From Myxococcota bacterium (GTDB lineage: Bacteria; Myxococcota; XYA12-FULL-58-9; JABJBS01), in assembly GCA_036339465.1 (NCBI GenBank), contig JAYZAY010000013.1, positions 1 through 21,281 of the forward strand: 21,281 nt of DNA. The letters run 5' to 3'. The notes beneath the pieces were generated by a model. That model had not been told where the DNA came from. It saw only the letters and a list, made by a program, of their open reading frames with translations, and searched no databases. Shown in pieces: positions 8,369 to 15,786 of the stretch (positions within the stretch are counted from its first letter, which is position 1; each line of letters starts with the position of its first letter). A program made the position numbers and the translations under genes.

Positions 8369-9325
8369 ATGACGACACTCGTGAAACACCTACACCTACC
8401 CATACTCTTCGTGGCTAGCGTCACCGTTGGTTGCACAGCCCCTTCGTTTTTCCAATATAAGAATGCCGGGTACTTCGGCTCAGGTTCCTTAGCTGCCCAA
8501 CTCGGAAACCTCGGAACCTTCGACACTGAACGCTCCCAATTTTTTGAGCGGCAAGCCTTCTTTTCCGATTGTGGGGTTAATAAAATTCCGGTCATTGTAC
8601 AAGGACTCATTCCCAGCCTCGTTCACGCCTCTGGCTTTTTTCAGTACACCCCGAAAAAGAAGAGCCTCGCACGCTCGCTTGGGGTAGCAGTGACCGAATT
8701 AGAGAATCTTAGCCTCTTGGTCTTGGCAATCAACGAACATCAACTTCACCATGAAATCCTTCCTCTACTTCAGAGGAATTGTCTTGCCAAGATGTACAAC
8801 CTCTCGAAGACCAAAGTTGTGAGCGGCGTCGTTATCCTTTTGAACGAGCCACTTCTACAATCTCTATCAAGCGCCAACCAACTCGACGCAATCTTGAACA
8901 CCAATGGAGAGTTGACATTGACCGTCGTGGGCAAGAAAAACGTGTCATTTGTGGTGGAACCACGCCAAGTGGTCGCCTACCGCCTCGCTGGCCTGTGTTG
9001 GTCCGATGAAACGGGTAAATGGATGACCCTCAGCGCCCATACCCCAGACCGATTTACCTGTCCCACGAACTTCATTAATTATCCACCCGATGGATGGACC
9101 TGGGAGGCCTTTCTCGATGGCTCCCTCCCGGCCAGCTTTGCAGAGCTTGAAGCTCAACTGCTCGAGGAGAAAAAGAAAAAACTTAAAGCCAAAAAAGCGA
9201 AGGCCGAAGTGAAAGCAGCCGCGGCCAAGAAAAAGGAAAAGGCAGAGAAAGAGAAAGAGAAAGAGGAATACGAAGAGGAGGAATACGAAGAGGAGGAATA
9301 CGAAGAAGAAGGGGCGCCATCATGA
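8369..9325 (+). CDS. Putative lipoprotein, 318 aa, beta-rich core with highly charged C-terminal tail
   Basis: N-terminus MTTLVKHLHLPILFVASVTVG-C22 resembles a signal peptide II/lipobox; four more Cys (68, 138, 210, 231); tail KKKKLKAKKAKAEVKAAAAKKKEKAEKEKEKEEYEEEEYEEEEYEEEGAPS; 20 nt after the previous stop. Confidence 0.78.
   Translation: MTTLVKHLHLPILFVASVTVGCTAPSFFQYKNAGYFGSGSLAAQLGNLGTFDTERSQFFERQAFFSDCGVNKIPVIVQGLIPSLVHASGFFQYTPKKKSLARSLGVAVTELENLSLLVLAINEHQLHHEILPLLQRNCLAKMYNLSKTKVVSGVVILLNEPLLQSLSSANQLDAILNTNGELTLTVVGKKNVSFVVEPRQVVAYRLAGLCWSDETGKWMTLSAHTPDRFTCPTNFINYPPDGWTWEAFLDGSLPASFAELEAQLLEEKKKKLKAKKAKAEVKAAAAKKKEKAEKEKEKEEYEEEEYEEEEYEEEGAPS
9245..9307 (+). repeat. Coding tandem repeats: (GAGAAA)x3 then 15-bp GAGGAATACGAAGA(G/A) x3
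   Basis: GAGAAA at 9245, 9251, 9257; 15-mers at 9263, 9278, 9293; encode EKEKEK and EEYEE x3. Confidence 0.92.
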
Positions 9326-9409
9326 GAAGATCCCCACCCCCAAACTCCATCGGTAGTTCCCAACGCCCCGAGACCACGCCAACACCATACCTCCATTGGC
9401 GCCAAGCCC

Positions 9410-11239
9410 CTAGAATCTAAAATTACCTGCGTCGATCGCTGAGAGCGTTTTTTGGGTCAACTCCTCGTAGGTTTCCTTACCCGGCGCCAAAATCCAAATA
9501 GGCTCATCGACCTTGTCGAGATAAAAAGCCTCGGTCTTCAACTGCTGCTTCTTATGCTTGAAAGTTCCGGTGGTTTCGAGATCGGTCTTAACTCTTACAA
9601 AGAGGGGTATCGCATAGGCCGGCAACGAGGCCGAAAGTTCTCCATAGAAGCCGGCTCTATCAAACTCTTTGATATCTCCCTTGATAACAATCGACACCAT
9701 GCCTGCCCGACCGTCGGTTTTGGGAACCTGCACCCCATAGGTGGTGGCCTCCCAGACACCCTCAAACTTGTTACACACTTCGTCCACTTCAGTGGTGGAA
9801 ACATTTTCCCCCTTCCACCTAAACGTATCGCCAAGACGGTCCACAAATTGCGCATGTCTAAATCCCATATCCTTCATGAGATCTCCTGAGTCAAACCATA
9901 CATCACCGGACTCAAAAACGTTTCGTAGTAATTTCTCTTCGCTTGCATCCGCGTTCGTGTAGCCGTCGAACGGCGTCTTCTCTGTGACCTCCCCCAAGAG
10001 TAAACCAGTCCCCCCTTTCTCAACCTTTTTGCAGAAACCCCCGCTGTCTCGAACCGGTTGGTCCTCCTCAAGATCATACTCGACAATGGCATAGGGAAGC
10101 GGACAGAACCCAACCGTACAGTCTCGATTCAATAAATTCACAAAGCCGATGTTACCTTCACTGGCCCCATAAAACTCATAGACTTCCTCTATCCCAAAAC
10201 GCTGTTTGAACGAGGTCCATATATCAGGACGCAGTCCATTCCCAATCATTTTACGGACAGGGTTATCTCGGTCGCGGGGCCCACCGGGGAGATTGTATAA
10301 ATAGCGACAAAGCTCACCGATGTAGCAAATCGCAACAGCGTTAAATTTCCGCGTATCATCCCAAAAATTAGTGGCGCTAAATTTACGACGAATGGCAATC
10401 GCAGCGCCTCCTGCCGCCGCCGATGACCATGTAACCGTGAGAGCATTGTTATGATACAAAGGCAACGACGCGTAAATAACTTCGCCCGGTCTCAAATCAA
10501 GCGCACACATCCCAAAACCAGCCGATGCCTTCATCCATCGAAAATGCGTCATAATCGAAGCTTTCGGCAGGCCCGTAGTTCCCGAGGTATAGATATAAAA
10601 ACACGGGTCTCCTAATCGCACTGTTTGGGTCGAAAGTGGGTTGCGGCTAGATTTCAACTGTGACTCAGCCGCTATATTACGAAAACCCTTAGGCGCTTCC
10701 GAATGACTGCCATCCGGCACGAAAAGCGTATCTCCTATCAAATCCGTAAATGAATCTCTCACCTCTAGGAATTGCTCCACCAGCTCCTCACCCACAATAA
10801 TCTGCTTGGCCTTGGCAAGGGTTAGGCTGTGGGTCAGAGTTTCGCTTCTCTGATTCGTATTAATCAACGCAGAGATCGCTCCAATCTTCGATAATGCACC
10901 CACCACCACCAATACTTCCGGCCTATTCTCCATGAAAACCGCCACCGAATCCCCCTTACGGATACCCTCATTCATCAAGAAATGGGCATATCGATTCACC
11001 CAACCGTTAAAAGTGGCATGGGAATAGCATTGGTCCTCAAACATGAGCGCCGGGAAATACGGGTAGAGTTCCGCGTTCTTTTCAAGGTAGGTAACAATGG
11101 ACAGGGCTTCGTTTTTATCTGTCTTTTTCAGATACTTAAGCCCCTCTGCAATCGAAGGTAATTTCTTCGCAATCCTTGAAACCTTATCTCGATAATCTGG
11201 AATTGAGGTGACCAATTTACCAATACCTGCCATATTCAT
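9410..11239 (-). CDS. Long-chain acyl-CoA synthetase, FATP/SLC27 (FadD6-like) family
   Basis: AMP-binding motif YIYTSGTTGLPKAS; LPLYH; YIGELCRYL; GNGLRPDIW; EFYGASEGN; FATP signature DRLGDTFRWKGENVSTTEV; GRAGM; TGTFK. Confidence 0.93.
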   Translation of the reverse strand: MNMAGIGKLVTSIPDYRDKVSRIAKKLPSIAEGLKYLKKTDKNEALSIVTYLEKNAELYPYFPALMFEDQCYSHATFNGWVNRYAHFLMNEGIRKGDSVAVFMENRPEVLVVVGALSKIGAISALINTNQRSETLTHSLTLAKAKQIIVGEELVEQFLEVRDSFTDLIGDTLFVPDGSHSEAPKGFRNIAAESQLKSSRNPLSTQTVRLGDPCFYIYTSGTTGLPKASIMTHFRWMKASAGFGMCALDLRPGEVIYASLPLYHNNALTVTWSSAAAGGAAIAIRRKFSATNFWDDTRKFNAVAICYIGELCRYLYNLPGGPRDRDNPVRKMIGNGLRPDIWTSFKQRFGIEEVYEFYGASEGNIGFVNLLNRDCTVGFCPLPYAIVEYDLEEDQPVRDSGGFCKKVEKGGTGLLLGEVTEKTPFDGYTNADASEEKLLRNVFESGDVWFDSGDLMKDMGFRHAQFVDRLGDTFRWKGENVSTTEVDEVCNKFEGVWEATTYGVQVPKTDGRAGMVSIVIKGDIKEFDRAGFYGELSASLPAYAIPLFVRVKTDLETTGTFKHKKQQLKTEAFYLDKVDEPIWILAPGKETYEELTQKTLSAIDAGNFRF

Positions 11240-11481
11240 GTCGTACTCTCTCTGCTAAGCCGCCAACCAAAAGTGTTGCGATATCATAGCTACACCGCAC
11301 TGCGCCATCTGACTATGGCAACTATCCAATCAAAAGAAAAGCCGTATGCAAAGAAGCCGACACGACACCTACCAATAGCGCTTAGAGTATTTCGTCTGCG
11401 ATATTCCTGGTTTCCCGACCCTTGGCTTCCGAGCCTCCCATAATAATCGGGCAAAACAAGAATCGTCAGAAAACAATCCCA

Positions 11482-12171
11482 TCAAAGCCGCTTTTCAAAA
11501 TACCAATTTCGAAACCATGCTGGTCCCCCGGGAAAGAGTCGAATGTCTTCCACCCCCAAAAGAAAAAGTGGGAGATGATAAGACTCTACCATCACCCCAT
11601 AGTCATAGAGGCGGTGACGTGCATTTCCTGTCAACCTCACAAAAACTTCGAGGGCGAGGCGATAATAACACTCTTGGAAAAGCCCCCCGATCCCCCCCCC
11701 TGTGGAGGGCGCTAAATCGGCTACCGCCAGCACACCCCTAGGCCTCATCTGTCGCACGAGGTGGTTTAATATAAGGGGTACTTCCTCGGGGCCAAACACA
11801 TTCAAAAAATAATTAGCGCTAACTGCATCAAAGGCATCGGGTGCCTCAAAATCCATGATATTTTTGTGATGCAAATCCAAAAGTTCTGGCTTGTCCCATT
11901 TCGAAAGTCGATCTCTAGCCAAATCCATCATGGGTTTTGATTCTTCTACCACCGTGGTGCGAACACCTCGCGTCAGGGCCATGGCCGCCTCAACACCGGT
12001 TCCTGCACCAGCCACTAAGAGCCGCTCGGCGCTTCTCAACCTCTTGAGTTGGCGAATTTTCGTTCTTCGAATCGCACCAAAACTGTAAAGATGCGACAAG
12101 CAATCATACACGTTAGCGATCGACCCATATTGGGATCGCGTTGAAAGGGAGGTGTTACCGATTAAGGTCAT
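11482..12171 (-). CDS. Class I SAM-dependent methyltransferase
   Basis: Motif I LLVAGAGTG, acidic strand VVEES, FDAVSANYFLNVF, MRPRGVLAVAD; N-terminal Y-x-x-IANVYD as in UbiE-like folds. Substrate unknown. Confidence 0.85.
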   Translation of the reverse strand: MTLIGNTSLSTRSQYGSIANVYDCLSHLYSFGAIRRTKIRQLKRLRSAERLLVAGAGTGVEAAMALTRGVRTTVVEESKPMMDLARDRLSKWDKPELLDLHHKNIMDFEAPDAFDAVSANYFLNVFGPEEVPLILNHLVRQMRPRGVLAVADLAPSTGGGIGGLFQECYYRLALEVFVRLTGNARHRLYDYGVMVESYHLPLFLLGVEDIRLFPGGPAWFRNWYFEKRL

Positions 12172-12209
12172 GCTCCTATAGCTTGGGAAATATTCTGGAA
12201 AAGTGCAAC

Positions 12210-12551
12210 CTACCCAATGGCCTCCGTGCCTTCCTCAAGGGTCCTGATTCGTATCACGCGAGGAAGATCCAGAACGAATATCTTTCCATCACCAATTTTA
12301 CCTGTCTGAGCCCCTTTGACGACCGCATCGATAGCAGGCTGCTCAAATTCATCATTCACCGCGATTTCCACACGAACCTTCTTCAGTAAATTGATGGTTT
12401 GCTCAGCCCCTCGGTATCGCTCGGTGTATCCCTGCTGGGCACCACAACCCAATGCATTCGTCACAGAAAGACGACCCACACCCTGCTGAGCAAGAGCATT
12501 CTTTACCATCGGTAAACGGTCAGGCTGGATATAGGCGATGATCAATTTCAT
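12210..12551 (-). CDS. glnK: P-II family nitrogen regulator linked to amtB
   Basis: 113 aa; T-loop [33 protein letters not shown]; immediately downstream of amtB. Confidence 0.95.
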   Translation of the reverse strand: MKLIIAYIQPDRLPMVKNALAQQGVGRLSVTNALGCGAQQGYTERYRGAEQTINLLKKVRVEIAVNDEFEQPAIDAVVKGAQTGKIGDGKIFVLDLPRVIRIRTLEEGTEAIG

Positions 12552-12592
12552 GGTGACTCACTTTCTTAGAAAAATAATGTTGGAACAATCTA

Positions 12593-13915
12593 TCACTGAG
12601 CGGAGAAGATTTGAAATCCTGCGTAGGATTCCATCCCATGTTCTTCAATATCCAGGCCCCGTCGTTCTTCATCTTCAGTAACTCTGAGTCCAATGGTTTT
12701 CTTCAAGAGAAAAAAGAGCCCCAATGCAAACGGAAAAGCAAAAGCCGCAGTGGCAAGGGTGCCAATCGCCTGTGCACTAAAACTCTTATCCGCTCCGAAA
12801 ATCCCAACCGCAAGCGTTCCCCAAACCCCGCAGACCAGGTGAACCGACACCGCACCAACAGGATCATCCAGTTTCATTTTGTCCATGGCCAATACCGAAA
12901 GCACCACCAAAACCCCTGCGATGGAACCGATAATAATCGAAGAAGCCGCAGACACCACATCCGCCCCGGCTGTAATGCCCACCAAACCCGCCAGTGCACC
13001 GTTTAAAGCCATGGATAAATCGGGTCGTTTTTGGAGCACGACCGAGGTCGCTGCCGCCGAAAGAACCCCGGCCGAAGCCGCCAGAGTCGTGGTCACCACC
13101 ACAAACGAGACAGTCGCTGGTGATGCGGAAAGAACCGACCCTCCGTTGAAACCATACCAACCAAACCATAAGAAAAAGACACCAATAGTAGCCAATGGCA
13201 TGTTGTGTCCCATAATAGGTATAATCTTACCATTGACAAACTTACCAACCCGAGGCCCCAAAACAATAATTCCGGCCAACGCTCCCCAACCACCGACGGC
13301 ATGAACCAAAGTAGAACCCGCAAAGTCATGAAAACCCAGCTCGGCCAACCATCCCCCGCCCCAATGCCACATTCCAACCATGGGATAACAGATAGAAACA
13401 AAGACCGCAGAGAAAAGTATAAACGACAAAAGTTTGATCCGTTCGGCCACTGCGCCAGAAACAATCGTGGCTGCGGTAGCCGCAAACATCCCTTGAAATA
13501 GAAAATCAGTCCAATACGTATAGGCTCCATCCGCATAGGCAGCTGTCAACCCCGCCGCATCGGTTCCAATCCCAAAGCCGCCAAATCCAAAATATCCCCC
13601 GGCGAATGCATCCCCTGGATACATCAAGTTAAACCCCATCAGAGCGTACATAAGAATTCCAAGGGCCAAAATCGAGATATTCTTGAACAGAATATTCACC
13701 GTATTTTTTGACTGGGTCATACCCGCTTCCAAGGCGGCAAACCCCAAATGCATGACAAATACCATAAACGCCGCCATAAGCATCCAAGTGTTGTTCACCC
13801 AAAACAAAACCTCGGCCGGGGTAAGTGCGACCTCGCCTTCAGCCGCCATGGCCTCGGGTGCACCAAAAAGCACCAGCGCCACCGCGGCCAATATCAATCT
13901 TTTTTGACCCAACAT
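12593..13915 (-). CDS. amtB: Ammonium transporter
   Basis: FQGMFAATAATIVSGAVAER, HDFAGSTLVH, WFGWYGFNGGS, NGALAGLVGITA, DDPVGAVSVH (twin His present), EERRGLDIEEHG; probable signal peptide ending AMA-AE; GAGGAGG RBS upstream. Confidence 0.97.
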   Translation of the reverse strand: MLGQKRLILAAVALVLFGAPEAMAAEGEVALTPAEVLFWVNNTWMLMAAFMVFVMHLGFAALEAGMTQSKNTVNILFKNISILALGILMYALMGFNLMYPGDAFAGGYFGFGGFGIGTDAAGLTAAYADGAYTYWTDFLFQGMFAATAATIVSGAVAERIKLLSFILFSAVFVSICYPMVGMWHWGGGWLAELGFHDFAGSTLVHAVGGWGALAGIIVLGPRVGKFVNGKIIPIMGHNMPLATIGVFFLWFGWYGFNGGSVLSASPATVSFVVVTTTLAASAGVLSAAATSVVLQKRPDLSMALNGALAGLVGITAGADVVSAASSIIIGSIAGVLVVLSVLAMDKMKLDDPVGAVSVHLVCGVWGTLAVGIFGADKSFSAQAIGTLATAAFAFPFALGLFFLLKKTIGLRVTEDEERRGLDIEEHGMESYAGFQIFSAQ

Positions 13916-13970
13916 TGTATTTATACCTCCTCAGAACTAGCCATTTTTTTTCATAAACGAACCAATTAGA

Positions 13971-13986
13971 AGCACACTCCGTGCCA
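13971..13986 (-). promoter_or_regulatory. Sigma54 (RpoN) -24/-12 promoter for amtB-glnK
   Basis: Minus strand TGGCACGGAGTGTGCT: TGGCACG followed by GC at the exact GG-N10-GC spacing, about 55 nt upstream of the amtB ATG; amtB-glnK is a classic sigma54/NtrC target. Confidence 0.8.
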
Positions 13987-14096
13987 CATCAACCTACCAT
14001 CAAGGCGAATAAACCACCAATTATTCTAGCAACTTAATCGCCCAAACATTCCATCGAAAAGCCATAGACAAAGCCCTAGAACGCAATGGTAGACTA

Positions 14097-14170
14097 AGCA
14101 CTAAAAACCTACAAAAATGTCATTCAAGCGAAAAGACCTAACGCACCATCTCACCCTCGAAAACGGTGCT
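14097..14170. promoter_or_regulatory. Possible degenerate NtrC-like enhancer sites
   Basis: AGCACTAAAAACCTACA (14097-14113) and CCCTCGAAAACGGTGCT (14154-14170) each match 11/17 of TGCACCAAAATGGTGCA by my count; extra half-site GCACCA at 14143; 110-185 bp upstream of the sigma54 motif. Confidence 0.35.
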
Positions 14171-14310
14171 ATTAAAAACCCAAAACTTCGTCTGGTTCGA
14201 AAAATTTAATTCACTCAAACAACGCCGGGGTAAATGACACCTGATTTTGCGACCGACGAAATAAAAACGCAACGCTCGCCCTACGGAATCATGGCATTGA
14301 GTCCACAACC

Positions 14311-15786
14311 TCAAGCAACCTTTGGGCTCGTACAAAACCCTGTGCCCATAAGAAACGCATCCATCGCAGCAGCAGCCTCACGCCCTTCATAAATAGCCCA
14401 CACCACCAGCGATTGTCCCCTGCGACAATCACCGGCAGAAAAGATATTTTCTCGACTGGTGCGGTACCGACCATCAACGGCAAGAATATTGGACCGCCCA
14501 TCCGTGTCGAGATTTAGAGCTGTCGCCATGTATTGCTCGGGTCCTAAAAAGCCCATGGCTAAAAAAACAGCATCTGCTTCCCAGATTTTCTCAGAGCCCT
14601 CCCGCTCAACCATGGTTGGTCTGCCAGACTCACTGGGGCTCCAGTCCACCTCAACGGTTTTAACACCCGTTAATTTCCCGTTCTCGCCCAAAAATTCTTT
14701 GGTCAGAATTTGATAGGATCTGGGGTCTTCACCAAATTTGGCAGCAGCTTCCTGGTGCCCATAATCCACACGATACACCTTTGGCCAAGTCGGCCATGGA
14801 TTGGATCGCGCTCTGGCTTCAGGTGGTTTGTCCAGTAATTCAAAGTTGGTTAAGGATTTACAGCCCTGCCTCAGGGAAGTCGCAATACAATCCGCTCCGG
14901 TATCCCCTCCCCCGATCACAATAACCTGCTGGTCCTTTACATCGATAGGAGCCAAAGCAGACTCCCCACCAGACAACAGAGTCTTCGTCGCGCCAGTAAG
15001 GAAGTCCATCGCAAAATGTACCCCAAAAAACTCTCTCCCTGGTACCATAAGGTCCCGAGGTTTGGTCGCTCCGAGTGCCAAGAGAACCGAATCAAACTCT
15101 TCGGCAAGCTCGTTTGGGTCCACATCCCGCCCAACATCCACACCCGTTTGAAATTCAACGCCTTCCTGCCGCATGAGTTCAACACGGCGGTCAAGAACCG
15201 CTTTGTCGAGTTTCATATTGGGAATCCCATACCTCAACAATCCCCCGATCCGGTCGGCTCGTTCAAAAACCACCACGAGATGTCCCGCTTTATTTAACTC
15301 GTCTGCCGCAGCCAGCCCCGCGGGGCCAGACCCTACCACCGCAACTCGTTTTCCAGTTCGCACCGAGGGTGGACTTGGCTTAATCCAGCCCTTAGCGTAT
15401 CCCATATCAATAATAGCATTCTCAATATTCTTAATGGTCACAGGATCCTCGTTGATCCCCAAAACACAAGCACCTTCGCAGGGAGCGGGACAAACACGTC
15501 CCGTAAATTCAGGAAAGTTATTCGTTTTCAGAAGACGCCTCAAAGCCTCCTTGTAACGACCGCGGTAAACCAAATCGTTCCATTCCGGAATAAGATTATC
15601 CACCGGACACCCGCTACCTGACTGACAAAACGGTACCCCACAATCCATGCACCGAGCACCTTGAGTCGCCAGTTGTTCATTGGAACATGGCGTATAGATT
15701 TCGCGAAAATCACCGATTCGCACTAAGGGATCTCGGTACGGGACCGTCTCCCTTGAAAATTCTTTGAAGCCTGTCGTTTTACCCAC
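14311..15786 (-). CDS. gltD: Glutamate synthase small (beta) subunit
   Basis: [85 protein letters not shown] start, 8-nt overlap with the end of gltB. Confidence 0.97.
   Translation of the reverse strand: MGKTTGFKEFSRETVPYRDPLVRIGDFREIYTPCSNEQLATQGARCMDCGVPFCQSGSGCPVDNLIPEWNDLVYRGRYKEALRRLLKTNNFPEFTGRVCPAPCEGACVLGINEDPVTIKNIENAIIDMGYAKGWIKPSPPSVRTGKRVAVVGSGPAGLAAADELNKAGHLVVVFERADRIGGLLRYGIPNMKLDKAVLDRRVELMRQEGVEFQTGVDVGRDVDPNELAEEFDSVLLALGATKPRDLMVPGREFFGVHFAMDFLTGATKTLLSGGESALAPIDVKDQQVIVIGGGDTGADCIATSLRQGCKSLTNFELLDKPPEARARSNPWPTWPKVYRVDYGHQEAAAKFGEDPRSYQILTKEFLGENGKLTGVKTVEVDWSPSESGRPTMVEREGSEKIWEADAVFLAMGFLGPEQYMATALNLDTDGRSNILAVDGRYRTSRENIFSAGDCRRGQSLVVWAIYEGREAAAAMDAFLMGTGFCTSPKVA

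Noticed and set aside
9326..9409. Terminator between the convergent lipoprotein and acyl-CoA synthetase genes
   Set aside because: Only a 10-bp palindrome TTGGCGCCAA (9396-9405) with no loop or U-tract; the region is simply C-rich on the plus strand.
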